Part shown: positions 46,053 to 57,656 of the stretch, piece by piece | Position numbering within the stretch: position 1 is the first letter of the stretch | Layout of the letters: the number at the start of each line of letters is the position of its first letter | NCBI RefSeq assembly: GCF_002854065.1 | Contig: NZ_CP024147.1 | Strand: one strand, 5' to 3' | DNA: 64,000 bases | Source of the DNA: Escherichia coli | Lineage (GTDB): Bacteria; Pseudomonadota; Gammaproteobacteria; Enterobacterales; Enterobacteriaceae | Notes under the pieces: model-generated | What the model saw: only the letters and a program-made list of their open reading frames with translations | The model's database searches: none | What the model was told of the DNA's origin: nothing | Translations under genes and position numbers: made by a program

Positions 46053-47123
46053 TTAAGCCACGCGAGCCGTCAGCTGCCCGTTCAGATCCTGATGAATTTC
46101 ACGCAGCAAGGCATCGGTCATTTCCCAGCTAATGCAGGCATCGGTTACGGATACACCGTATTTCATTTCACTGCGCGGTTGCTCGGAAGACTGATTGCCC
46201 TCGTGGATATTACTTTCGATCATCAGACCAATAATTGAGCGATTGCCATCTTTGATTTGAGCAACCACGGATTCTGCCACCGCAGGCTGACGGCGATAAT
46301 CTTTATTGGAATTACCGTGGCTGCAATCTACCATCAGAGACGGGCGCAGTCCCGCCTGTTCCATCTCTTTTTCACATTGCGCAACATCCGCAGGGCTATA
46401 GTTCGGCGCTTTACCACCGCGCAGGATGACATGCCCGTCCGGATTCCCCTGAGTTTGTAGCAACGCAACCTGCCCTGCCTGGTTAATGCCAACAAAACGG
46501 TGCGGCTGGGCGGCGGCGCGCATAGCGTTAATTGCTGTTGCCAGACTGCCGTCGGTGCCGTTTTTAAAACCAACCGGCATGGAAAGCCCGGAGGCCATTT
46601 CACGGTGAGTTTGCGATTCCGTTGTACGAGCACCAATTGCTGACCAGCTAAACAGATCGCCCAGGTATTGCGGGCTATTCGGATCTAACGCTTCCGTCGC
46701 CAGTGGCAGTCCCATATTCACCAGCTCAAGCAGCAATTTACGCGCGATCTGCAGACCGGCTTCTACATCAAAAGAGCCATCCATATGGGGATCGTTAATT
46801 AACCCTTTCCAGCCGACAGTGGTACGGGGTTTTTCAAAATAGACGCGCATTACCAGATAGAGGCTATCGCTGACCTCTGCGGCAAGGGCTTTAAATCGAC
46901 GAGCATATTCCAGAGCAGTTTCCGGATCATGAATGGAACAAGGACCACATACTACCAGCAGACGAGGATCGCGCCCGGCGATAATATCTGAAATGGTTTT
47001 ACGCGAGTCAGCAATCTGGGCTTCTTGTTGCAGGCTTAATGGAAAAGCGGCCTTCAGTTGTGCCGGAGTCATTAAAACCTGTTCGTCGGTAATATGTACG
47101 TTATTCAGCGCGTCTTTTTGCAT
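46053..47123 (-). CDS. aroF: DAHP synthase, Tyr-sensitive
   Basis: ORF 46053..47192 trimmed to [28 protein letters not shown]..., 356 aa. Confidence 0.95.
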   Translation of the reverse strand: MQKDALNNVHITDEQVLMTPAQLKAAFPLSLQQEAQIADSRKTISDIIAGRDPRLLVVCGPCSIHDPETALEYARRFKALAAEVSDSLYLVMRVYFEKPRTTVGWKGLINDPHMDGSFDVEAGLQIARKLLLELVNMGLPLATEALDPNSPQYLGDLFSWSAIGARTTESQTHREMASGLSMPVGFKNGTDGSLATAINAMRAAAQPHRFVGINQAGQVALLQTQGNPDGHVILRGGKAPNYSPADVAQCEKEMEQAGLRPSLMVDCSHGNSNKDYRRQPAVAESVVAQIKDGNRSIIGLMIESNIHEGNQSSEQPRSEMKYGVSVTDACISWEMTDALLREIHQDLNGQLTARVA

Positions 47124-47217
47124 GATGGCGATCCTGTTTATGCTCGTTTGCGATAGTTGATCCTCAGTGAGGATGACGTAACGATAACACATAAAGTAAA
47201 GTTTTCAATCCATATTT

Positions 47218-47287
47218 CGTACATTTTTCTTTACATAATCAATTTATTCGCGCTTTCAACCCTTGATTCTGTATAGATAAATTTACA
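47218..47287 (-). promoter_or_regulatory. TyrR boxes in aroF promoter region
   Basis: Minus strand contains TGTAAAgaaaaaTGTACG (47218-47235) and TGTAAAtttatcTATACA (47270-47287), matching the TyrR box consensus TGTAAA-N6-TTTACA. Confidence 0.45.
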
Positions 47288-47332
47288 CCACCTTTGAAAA
47301 CAATCCGCTATGCTTTGAAAAAGGAGAAAGAA

Positions 47333-47698
47333 ATGATGAAAAAGTTTATCGCCCCCTTGTTGGCTTTACTGGTTAGCGGATGCCAGATTGATCCTTATAC
47401 TCACGCGCCAACCTTGACCAGCACCGACTGGTATGATGTTGGTATGGAAGATGCGATATCGGGCAGCGCCATAAAAGATGACGATGCATTTAGCGATTCA
47501 CAGGCGGATCGCGGTCTATACCTTAAAGGATATGCCGAAGGACAAAAGAAAACTTGCCAGACCGATTTTACTTATGCCCGAGGACTTTCCGGTAAAAGCT
47601 TTCCTGCCAGCTGCAACAATGTTGAAAATGCCAGCCAACTGCATGAAGTATGGCAAAAAGGGGCTGATGAAAATGCCAGCACAATACGATTAAATTAA
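47333..47698 (+). CDS. yfiL: Lipoprotein YfiL
   Basis: ORF 47294..47698 trimmed to MMKKFIAPLLALLVSGCQ... (lipobox), 121 aa. Confidence 0.8.
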   Translation: MMKKFIAPLLALLVSGCQIDPYTHAPTLTSTDWYDVGMEDAISGSAIKDDDAFSDSQADRGLYLKGYAEGQKKTCQTDFTYARGLSGKSFPASCNNVENASQLHEVWQKGADENASTIRLN

Positions 47699-47847
47699 TT
47701 AAAATCCCACAAATAAATTAAACATAAGATTTTACTCATTATGTTTTATTTCTCACAATGATGACGACCGCATGAAATAATGATATTTTAATGAGCATTC
47801 TGAAAAAATATCGATGCATTTCGAGCGAAGATGGTGGGGATCCCTGA

Positions 47848-48366
47848 ATGCGTTTTTCTCACCGACTGTTCTTACTTCTGATTCTCCTGCTGACGGGAGC
47901 ACCAATACTCGCTCAGGAGCCTTCTGACGTTGCGAAAAACGTGCGTATGATGGTTTCCGGTATTGTCAGTTACACCCGCTGGCCTGCGCTATCAGGGCCA
48001 CCAAAGTTATGTATCTTTTCATCTTCACGTTTTAGTACCGCCCTACAAGAGAATGCCGCGACATCTTTGCCTTATCTGCCTGTCATCATTCACACTCAAC
48101 AAGAGGCGATGATTTCAGGCTGCAATGGTTTTTATTTTGGCAACGAGTCACCGACATTCCAGATGGAATTAACCGAACAATATCCGTCAAAGGCGTTATT
48201 ATTAATTGCCGAACAAAATACCGAGTGCATTATTGGTAGCGCCTTTTGTCTGATCATCCACAATAATGACGTCAGATTTGCCGTAAACCTGGATGCCTTA
48301 TCGCGTAGCGGTGTAAAGGTCAACCCGGATGTCTTGATGCTCGCACGGAAGAAAAATGATGGATAA
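47848..48366 (+). CDS. yfiR: Periplasmic repressor of DgcN (YfiR)
   Basis: 172-aa ORF with signal peptide [25 protein letters not shown]. Confidence 0.9.
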
Positions 48367-49582
48367 CGATAATTCTCTTAATAAGCGCCCCACGTTTAAA
48401 AGAGCATTACGCAACATCAGTATGACCAGCATATTTATCACTATGATGCTGATCTGGTTGCTGCTTTCCGTGACCTCGGTGCTGACCCTGAAACAGTACG
48501 CGCAAAAAAACCTGGCACTGACAGCAGCAACAATGACTTACAGTCTGGAAGCAGCTGTCGTTTTTGCCGATGGCCCTGCAGCAACTGAAACACTGGCAGC
48601 GCTGGGCCAGCAAGGGCAATTTTCAACTGCAGAAGTACGTGATAAGCAGCAAAATATTCTGGCATCCTGGCATTACACCCGTAAGGATCCAGGCGATACT
48701 TTCAGCAATTTCATAAGCCACTGGCTCTTCCCTGCCCCCATCATTCAGCCGATTCGTCACAATGGCGAAACCATTGGCGAAGTACGCTTAACCGCTCGCG
48801 ACAGTTCAATCAGCCATTTTATCTGGTTTTCGCTCGCCGTACTGACCGGTTGTATTCTGCTGGCATCAGGAATCGCAATTACCCTCACCCGCCATTTGCA
48901 CAATGGCCTGGTGGAAGCACTGAAAAATATCACCGATGTCGTACATGATGTGCGTTCCAACCGCAATTTTTCCCGACGAGTTTCGGAAGAACGTATCGCT
49001 GAGTTTCACCGCTTCGCTCTCGACTTCAACAGTCTGCTGGATGAAATGGAAGAGTGGCAGCTTCGTTTACAGGCCAAAAATGCGCAGCTTCTGCGTACCG
49101 CGCTACATGACCCATTAACCGGGCTGGCTAACCGCGCAGCGTTTCGTAGCGGCATCAATACGTTGATGAACAATTCCGATGCCCGAAAAACGTCGGCGTT
49201 ACTATTTCTTGATGGCGATAATTTCAAATATATCAATGATACCTGGGGTCATGCGACGGGCGATAGAGTCTTGATTGAAATCGCAAAACGGTTAGCTGAA
49301 TTTGGCGGGCTGCGACATAAAGCATACCGCCTGGGCGGCGATGAATTCGCTATGGTGCTCTATGATGTACAGTCGGAATCTGAAGTGCAGCAGATATGCT
49401 CAGCACTGACACAAATCTTTAATCTCCCGTTTGATCTTCATAATGGCCATCAGACCACCATGACATTAAGCATTGGTTACGCGATGACCATTGAGCACGC
49501 CTCTGCGGAAAAATTACAAGAGCTTGCCGATCACAATATGTATCAGGCCAAACACCAGCGTGCCGAAAAGCTGGTGAGATAA
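48356..49582 (+). CDS. dgcN: Diguanylate cyclase (2 TM, HAMP, GGDEF)
   Basis: 408-aa ORF with RLGGDEF active-site motif; start overlaps yfiR 3' end by 11 nt. Confidence 0.93.
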
Positions 49583-49597
49583 CAAGGATATATCGAT

Positions 49598-50080
49598 ATG
49601 ATAAAGCACCTGGTAGCACCCCTGATTTTCACCTCACTAATACTGACTGGCTGCCAGTCCCCTCAGGGAAAGTTTACTCCTGAGCAAGTCGCCGCTATGC
49701 AATCTTATGGATTTACTGAATCCGCCGGCGACTGGTCGCTGGGCTTATCAGATGCCATTCTGTTCGCAAAAAATGACTACAAATTGCTCCCGGAAAGCCA
49801 GCAACAGATCCAAACCATGGCAGCCAAATTGGCCTCGACAGGGCTAACACATGCCCGTATGGATGGACACACCGATAACTATGGTGAAGACAGTTACAAC
49901 GAAGGCTTATCATTGAAACGGGCGAATGTCGTGGCCGATGCATGGGCTATGGGTGGACAAATTCCACGCGGCAATCTCACCACACAGGGTTTAGGAAAAA
50001 AATATCCCATAGCCAGTAACAAGACCGCCCAGGGCCGCGCCGAGAACCGCCGCGTCGCAGTGGTGATTACTACCCCTTAA
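49598..50080 (+). CDS. yfiB: OmpA-family outer-membrane lipoprotein YfiB
   Basis: 160-aa ORF with lipobox LILTGCQ and OmpA-like C-terminal domain. Confidence 0.93.
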   Translation: MIKHLVAPLIFTSLILTGCQSPQGKFTPEQVAAMQSYGFTESAGDWSLGLSDAILFAKNDYKLLPESQQQIQTMAAKLASTGLTHARMDGHTDNYGEDSYNEGLSLKRANVVADAWAMGGQIPRGNLTTQGLGKKYPIASNKTAQGRAENRRVAVVITTP

Positions 50081-50156
50081 AACACGAGCAAACAGATAAA
50101 AAAAGGGCCAGCCAATTGGCCAGCCCTTCTTAACAGGATGTCGCTTAAGCGAAATC

Positions 50157-50507
<351 letters not shown>

Positions 50508-50545
50508 TTAATCTCTTATCCTGGGTAAACTGATATCTCGGGGGC

Positions 50546-51313
50546 TTACGCCATCCCATCATGTTTATGTTGCTGTTGTGCGTGTTCCGTTTTGAACTCC
50601 GCCAGCAACCTTGCTTGCTCTTCAGTCAGAGCCAGGTTTTCCAGAAGTTCAGGTCTTCTAAGCCAGGTACGGCCCAGCGACTGTTTCAAACGCCAGCGAC
50701 GTATCTCGGCATGGTTGCCCGACAGTAACACTGGCGGAACTTCCATCCCTTCTAACACCTCAGGCCGCGTATAGTGCGGGCAATCCAGCAATCCTTCAGC
50801 AAAGGAATCTTCCGTTGCCGAGGCTTCATGTCCCAGTACTCCCGGAATAAACCGGGAAACGGAGTCAATCAGCGTCATTGCTGGTAACTCACCACCACTG
50901 AGAACGTAATCGCCGATTGACCATTCTTCGTCAATTTCGGTTTGGATCACGCGCTCATCTATACCTTCGTAGCGACCGCACACCAGAATCAATTTTTGAT
51001 TCGTTGCCAGTTCGCTGACGCCCGCTTGATCAAGCTTGCGTCCCTGTGGTGACAGATAAATCACCTTTGCGCCTTCACCCGCCGCGGCTTTTGCTGCATG
51101 AATGGCGTCCCGTAAGGGTTGCACCATCATTAACATCCCCGGTCCGCCGCCGTAAGGACGATCGTCCACGGTACGGTGCCGGTCATGCGTGAAGTCGCGA
51201 GGACTCCAGCTCTGGATGCTCAGCAGGCCATTTTTAACTGCCCGGCCAGTTACCCCGTAATCGGTAATTGCGCGGAACATTTCAGGAAACAGGCTAATTA
51301 TGCCAATCCACAT
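50546..51313 (-). CDS. trmD: tRNA (guanine37-N1)-methyltransferase
   Basis: 255-aa [34 protein letters not shown]... Confidence 0.97.
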
Positions 51314-51343
51314 AGCGCCGTCTTTTACCGTTTATCCGGTGGT

Positions 51344-51892
51344 TTAAAAACCAGGATCCCAATCTACTTCGATTGAACGAGTAGTGAGATCGACTTTCTT
51401 GATAACCTGCCCATCGAGGAACGGTACGAGACGTTCCTTGATACCAAACGCATCTTTCAGGTTTGCCTTAATGACGAGAACGTCATTAGATCCGGTTTCC
51501 ATCATATCGACGACTTTACCGAGATCGTAGCCTTCAGTGGTTACTACCTGGCAGCCCATCAGGTCTTTCCAGTAGTAGTCACCCTCTTCAAGCTGAGGCA
51601 GCTGCGATGAATCCACGACAATTTCACAATTCGTCAGCAGGTTCGCCGCATCACGATCGTCAACGCCTTTCAGCTTGATGATCATGTCCTGATTGTGGTG
51701 CTTCCAGCTTTCCAGCTGGACTTGCTGCCACTGACCCGCCTTCTGGATAAACCAGGGCTGATAGTCAAAAATGCTTTCGGCGTCTTCGGTGGAAGAAAAC
51801 ACTCTGAGCCACCCACGAATACCGTAAGACGAACCCATTTTTCCCAAAACGATGGGATCAACAGGTGCTTGCGCGGTGAGTTGTTTGCTCAT
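51344..51892 (-). CDS. rimM: Ribosome maturation factor RimM
   Basis: ORF 51344..51901 trimmed to [28 protein letters not shown]..., 182 aa. Confidence 0.93.
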
Positions 51893-51910
51893 CATGACCA
51901 CCGTGACAGA

Positions 51911-52237
<327 letters not shown>

Positions 52238-52295
52238 TTACTGATTTCTGGAGAAAATGCAATCAGCAGTTAATAACTCTGTCGCATAAGGTCAT

Positions 52296-53657
52296 TTAGC
52301 GACCAGGAAATCCCGGCGGCATCATCCCCTTCATGCTTCTCATCATCTTCGCCATTCCGCCCTTCTTCATTTTCTTCATCATGCGCTGCATGTCGTCGAA
52401 CTGTTTCAGAAGACGGTTAACGTCCTGCACCTGCATACCGCAACCGGCAGCAATACGGCGTTTACGCGAACCTTTGATGATTTCTGGCTTAGCGCGCTCT
52501 TTCATCGTCATCGAGTTGATGATGGCTTCCATACGCACCAGCACTTTATCGTCCATCTGTGACTTGACGTTATCCGGGATCTGCCCCATGCCCGGCAGTT
52601 TGCCCATCAGGCTGGCCATGCCGCCCATATTTTTCATCTGGCGCAGTTGCTCAAGGAAGTCGTTGAGATCGAAGCCGTCACCTTTTTTCAGCTTGCTGGC
52701 TAATTTCTCTGCCTGCGCGCGGTCAACTTTGCTTTCGATATCTTCGATCAGCGACAGTACGTCGCCCATGCCGAGAATACGCGACGCGATGCGGTCCGGA
52801 TGGAACGGCTCCAGCGCCTCAGTTTTCTCGCCAACACCGAGGAACTTGATCGGTTTGCCAGTGATGTGACGAATAGAGAGCGCCGCACCGCCGCGGGCAT
52901 CGCCGTCCACTTTGGTCAACACTACGCCGGTAAGCGGTAACGCTTCATTGAATGCTTTTGCCGTATTGGCCGCATCCTGACCGGTCATGGCGTCAACCAC
53001 AAACAGGGTTTCAACCGGGTTAATCGACGCATGGACTTGTTTGATCTCGTCCATCATCGCTTCGTCAACGTGCAGACGACCAGCGGTATCCACCAGCAGC
53101 ACGTCGTAGAATTTCAGTTTGGCTTCTTTCAGCGCCGCGTTAACGATATCTACCGGCTTCTGACCAACATCAGAAGGGAAGAAATCAACGCCCACCTGCT
53201 CAGCCAGCGTCTCAAGCTGTTTGATTGCCGCCGGGCGATAGACGTCGGCAGAAACCACCAGCACTTTCTTCTTGTGCTTCTCGCGCAGGAACTTACCGAG
53301 TTTACCAACGCTGGTTGTTTTACCGGCACCTTGCAGGCCCGCCATCAGTACGACCGCAGGCGGTTGCGCAGCCAGGTTCAGGGTCTGGTTCTCTTCGCCC
53401 ATCGCCGCAACCAGTTCGTTACGGACGATTTTGACGAACTCCTGCCCCGGCGTCAGGCTCTTATTAACTTCATGACCAACCGCTTTCTCTTTTACGCGAT
53501 TGATAAACTCACGCACTACCGGCAGAGCGACGTCCGCCTCCAGCAGCGCCATGCGCACTTCGCGCAGCGTATCTTTTACGTTGTCTTCAGTGAGGCGTCC
53601 ACGGCCACTGATATTGCGCAGCGTGCGCGACAAACGATCGGTTAAATTATCAAACAT
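52296..53657 (-). CDS. ffh: Signal recognition particle protein Ffh
   Basis: 453-aa ORF with NG domain GTPase motifs and Met-rich M domain. Confidence 0.97.
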   Translation of the reverse strand: MFDNLTDRLSRTLRNISGRGRLTEDNVKDTLREVRMALLEADVALPVVREFINRVKEKAVGHEVNKSLTPGQEFVKIVRNELVAAMGEENQTLNLAAQPPAVVLMAGLQGAGKTTSVGKLGKFLREKHKKKVLVVSADVYRPAAIKQLETLAEQVGVDFFPSDVGQKPVDIVNAALKEAKLKFYDVLLVDTAGRLHVDEAMMDEIKQVHASINPVETLFVVDAMTGQDAANTAKAFNEALPLTGVVLTKVDGDARGGAALSIRHITGKPIKFLGVGEKTEALEPFHPDRIASRILGMGDVLSLIEDIESKVDRAQAEKLASKLKKGDGFDLNDFLEQLRQMKNMGGMASLMGKLPGMGQIPDNVKSQMDDKVLVRMEAIINSMTMKERAKPEIIKGSRKRRIAAGCGMQVQDVNRLLKQFDDMQRMMKKMKKGGMAKMMRSMKGMMPPGFPGR

Positions 53658-53823
53658 TGTCTCTCGCCTGGGGTGGAAACGGTTGGCCGCAATCGCGACA
53701 CATCATCAGTATTTTGCCGCAGTATAACATGAAGGCGTCTTTGTTGTTATGCAACGGTTGGAGCAGCGTTCACCTGACGCTATACTGCTTCTCTTTCTTA
53801 TTGCTCAAACTGTCGACATTACT

Positions 53824-54615
53824 ATGCCCGTTTTTGCTCTGCTCGCGCTTGTCGCCTACTCCGTCAGTCTTGCGCTGATTGTTCCCGGTCTGCTGCAAAA
53901 AAACGGCGGCTGGCGGCGCATGGCTATTATTTCTGCGGTCATTGCGCTGGTCTGCCACGCAATCGCTCTGGAAGCCCGCATCCTGCCCGACGGTGATAGC
54001 GGACAAAACCTCAGCCTGCTGAACGTTGGTTCATTGGTCAGTTTGATGATCTGTACGGTAATGACCATTGTGGCTTCTCGCAATCGTGGCTGGTTGCTGC
54101 TACCCATTGTCTATGCCTTTGCGCTTATCAACCTGGCGCTGGCGACCTTCATGCCCAATGAATACATCACCCATCTGGAAGCTACGCCTGGGATGCTGGT
54201 GCACATTGGCTTATCGCTCTTTTCCTATGCCACGCTAATTATCGCCGCCCTGTACGCGCTGCAACTGGCGTGGATTGATTACCAACTGAAGAACAAGAAG
54301 CTGGCGTTTAACCAGGAAATGCCGCCATTGATGAGTATCGAGCGTAAAATGTTCCACATCACGCAGATTGGCGTGGTGCTGCTAACGCTCACGCTTTGCA
54401 CTGGCCTGTTCTACATGCACAACTTATTTAGCATGGAAAATATCGACAAGGCTGTGCTCTCTATCGTGGCGTGGTTTGTCTATATTGTGCTGCTGTGGGG
54501 ACATTATCATGAAGGATGGCGTGGACGCCGCGTCGTCTGGTTTAACGTTGCGGGTGCAGTCATTCTGACACTGGCCTACTTCGGCAGCCGAATTGTCCAG
54601 CAGTTAATCAGCTAA
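53824..54615 (+). CDS. ypjD: Inner-membrane protein, cytochrome c assembly (CcsA/ResC-like) family
   Basis: ORF 53749..54615 trimmed to MPVFALLALVAYSVSLALIVPGLLQK..., 263 aa; multi-TM. Confidence 0.85.
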   Translation: MPVFALLALVAYSVSLALIVPGLLQKNGGWRRMAIISAVIALVCHAIALEARILPDGDSGQNLSLLNVGSLVSLMICTVMTIVASRNRGWLLLPIVYAFALINLALATFMPNEYITHLEATPGMLVHIGLSLFSYATLIIAALYALQLAWIDYQLKNKKLAFNQEMPPLMSIERKMFHITQIGVVLLTLTLCTGLFYMHNLFSMENIDKAVLSIVAWFVYIVLLWGHYHEGWRGRRVVWFNVAGAVILTLAYFGSRIVQQLIS

Positions 54616-54635
54616 ACCCAGAAAAGGAGTTTCCC

Positions 54636-55922
54636 CTGGAACACATTTCTACTACTACGTTGATCATTATTCTGATCATCATGGTGGTCATTTCAGCCTA
54701 TTTTTCCGGGTCCGAAACCGGAATGATGACCCTGAACCGCTATCGTCTGCGACATATGGCGAAACAGGGTAATCGCTCGGCCAAACGCGTCGAAAAATTG
54801 CTGCGTAAGCCAGACCGCCTGATAAGCCTGGTGTTAATCGGCAATAACCTGGTCAATATTCTTGCCTCCGCGCTCGGCACTATTGTTGGGATGCGTTTGT
54901 ACGGCGATGCGGGCGTGGCAATTGCGACTGGTGTGCTGACCTTTGTGGTGCTGGTTTTTGCCGAGGTGTTGCCGAAAACTATCGCTGCGCTATACCCGGA
55001 AAAAGTCGCTTATCCGAGTAGTATTCTGTTAGCACCGCTGCAAATTTTGATGATGCCGCTGGTCTGGTTGCTGAACGCTATCACCCGCATGTTAATGCGC
55101 ATGATGGGCATCAAAACCGATATCGTGGTCAGCGGCTCTTTGAGCAAAGAAGAGTTGCGCACTATCGTGCATGAATCGCGCTCACAAATTTCCCGTCGCA
55201 ATCAGGATATGCTGCTGTCGGTGCTCGATCTGGAAAAAATGACCGTTGATGACATCATGGTGCCGCGCAGTGAAATTATCGGTATTGATATCAACGATGA
55301 CTGGAAATCGATTCTGCGCCAACTCTCCCACTCACCTCACGGGCGCATCGTGCTCTACCGTGATTCGCTGGACGACGCCATCAGTATGCTGCGAGTACGT
55401 GAAGCCTGGCGGTTGATGTCGGAGAAAAAAGAGTTCACCAAAGAAACCATGCTGCGCGCCGCGGACGAGATCTATTTTGTGCCGGAAGGTACGCCGCTCA
55501 GCACGCAGTTGGTAAAGTTTCAGCGCAACAAAAAGAAAGTCGGCCTGGTCGTCAACGAGTATGGAGACATTCAGGGGCTGGTGACGGTTGAAGATATTCT
55601 GGAAGAGATTGTCGGCGATTTCACTACATCGATGTCGCCAACACTTGCCGAAGAGGTCACGCCGCAAAACGACGGTTCGGTGATTATCGATGGCACCGCC
55701 AACGTGCGGGAAATCAACAAAGCCTTTAACTGGCATCTACCGGAAGATGATGCCCGCACGGTTAATGGCGTCATTCTTGAGGCACTGGAAGAGATCCCTG
55801 TCGCAGGCACCCGCGTGCGTATTGGCGAGTACGATATAGATATTCTCGACGTACAGGACAATATGATTAAGCAGGTAAAAGTTTTTCCTGTGAAACCGCT
55901 GCGCGAGAGTGTGGCGGAGTAA
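54636..55922 (+). CDS. yfjD: CNNM/CorB-family membrane protein (DUF21 + CBS pair + CorC_HlyC)
   Basis: ORF track gives 54660..55922 (TTG start). I extend 8 codons to 54636 (MEHISTTTLIIILII...) because AAGGAG at 54624-54629 is optimally spaced for that position and it gives the 428-aa product I recall; the codon there is CTG, so the start is uncertain. Confidence 0.8.
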   Translation: MEHISTTTLIIILIIMVVISAYFSGSETGMMTLNRYRLRHMAKQGNRSAKRVEKLLRKPDRLISLVLIGNNLVNILASALGTIVGMRLYGDAGVAIATGVLTFVVLVFAEVLPKTIAALYPEKVAYPSSILLAPLQILMMPLVWLLNAITRMLMRMMGIKTDIVVSGSLSKEELRTIVHESRSQISRRNQDMLLSVLDLEKMTVDDIMVPRSEIIGIDINDDWKSILRQLSHSPHGRIVLYRDSLDDAISMLRVREAWRLMSEKKEFTKETMLRAADEIYFVPEGTPLSTQLVKFQRNKKKVGLVVNEYGDIQGLVTVEDILEEIVGDFTTSMSPTLAEEVTPQNDGSVIIDGTANVREINKAFNWHLPEDDARTVNGVILEALEEIPVAGTRVRIGEYDIDILDVQDNMIKQVKVFPVKPLRESVAE

Positions 55923-55976
55923 CGAAAACGGCCCTGCATTCGCATGCAGGGCCGTGAATTATTACGAAAACAGAAA

Positions 55977-56603
<627 letters not shown>

Positions 56604-56615
56604 CTAACTTCGCTT

Positions 56616-56646
56616 ATTATGGGGATCAGTTTCAGGGTTTCAAGGG
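56616..56646 (-). promoter_or_regulatory. Sigma-32 heat-shock promoter of grpE
   Basis: Minus-strand CCCTTGAAAccctgaaactgatCCCCATAAT, near-consensus sigma-32 -35/-10. Confidence 0.6.
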
Positions 56647-56692
56647 AAGCACTCACATTGTCATCAATCTTCGCAACAAGGACCTCGGAAAA

Positions 56693-57571
56693 ATGAATAA
56701 TCATTTCAAGTGTATTGGCATTGTGGGACACCCACGGCACCCTACTGCACTGACAACACATGAAATGCTCTACCGCTGGCTGTGCACAAAAGGTTACGAG
56801 GTCATCGTTGAGCAACAAATCGCTCACGAACTGCAACTGAAGAATGTGAAAACTGGCACGCTCGCGGAGATTGGGCAACTGGCTGATCTCGCGGTAGTCG
56901 TTGGTGGCGACGGTAATATGCTGGGCGCGGCGCGCACGCTCGCCCGTTACGATATTAAAGTTATTGGAATCAACCGTGGCAACCTGGGTTTCCTGACTGA
57001 CCTTGACCCCGATAACGCCCAGCAACAATTAGCCGATGTGCTGGAAGGTCACTACATCAGCGAGAAACGTTTTTTGCTGGAAGCGCAAGTCTGTCAGCAA
57101 GATTGCCAAAAGCGCATCAGCACCGCGATAAATGAAGTGGTACTTCATCCAGGCAAAGTGGCGCATATGATAGAGTTCGAAGTGTATATCGACGAGATCT
57201 TTGCGTTTTCTCAGCGATCTGATGGGCTAATTATTTCGACGCCAACAGGCTCCACCGCCTATTCCCTCTCTGCGGGCGGTCCTATTCTGACCCCCTCTCT
57301 GGATGCGATTACCCTGGTGCCCATGTTCCCGCATACGTTGTCAGCACGACCACTGGTCATAAACAACAGCAGCACGATCCGTCTGCGTTTTTCGCATCGC
57401 CGTAACGACCTGGAAATCAGTTGCGACAGCCAGATAGCACTGCCGATTCAGGAAGGTGAAGATGTCCTGATTCGTCGCTGTGATTACCATCTGAATCTGA
57501 TTCATCCGAAAGATTACAGTTATTTCAATACATTAAGCACCAAGCTCGGCTGGTCAAAAAAATTATTCTAA
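56693..57571 (+). CDS. nadK: NAD kinase
   Basis: 292-aa ORF with GGDGN motif ([14 protein letters not shown]). Confidence 0.95.
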   Translation: MNNHFKCIGIVGHPRHPTALTTHEMLYRWLCTKGYEVIVEQQIAHELQLKNVKTGTLAEIGQLADLAVVVGGDGNMLGAARTLARYDIKVIGINRGNLGFLTDLDPDNAQQQLADVLEGHYISEKRFLLEAQVCQQDCQKRISTAINEVVLHPGKVAHMIEFEVYIDEIFAFSQRSDGLIISTPTGSTAYSLSAGGPILTPSLDAITLVPMFPHTLSARPLVINNSSTIRLRFSHRRNDLEISCDSQIALPIQEGEDVLIRRCDYHLNLIHPKDYSYFNTLSTKLGWSKKLF

Positions 57572-57578
57572 TTTTACG

Positions 57579-57630
57579 CCAGCCTCTTTACTGTATATAA
57601 AACCAGTTTATACTGTACACAATAACAGTA
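57579..57630 (+). promoter_or_regulatory. Tandem LexA (SOS) boxes in recN promoter
   Basis: TACTGTATATAAAACCAGTT (57579-57598) and TACTGTACACAATAACAGTA (57611-57630), both CTGT-N8-ACAG; a weaker third half-site follows (...CATACAG at 57641-57647). Confidence 0.7.
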
Positions 57631-57656
57631 ATGGTTTTTCATACAGGAAAACGACT

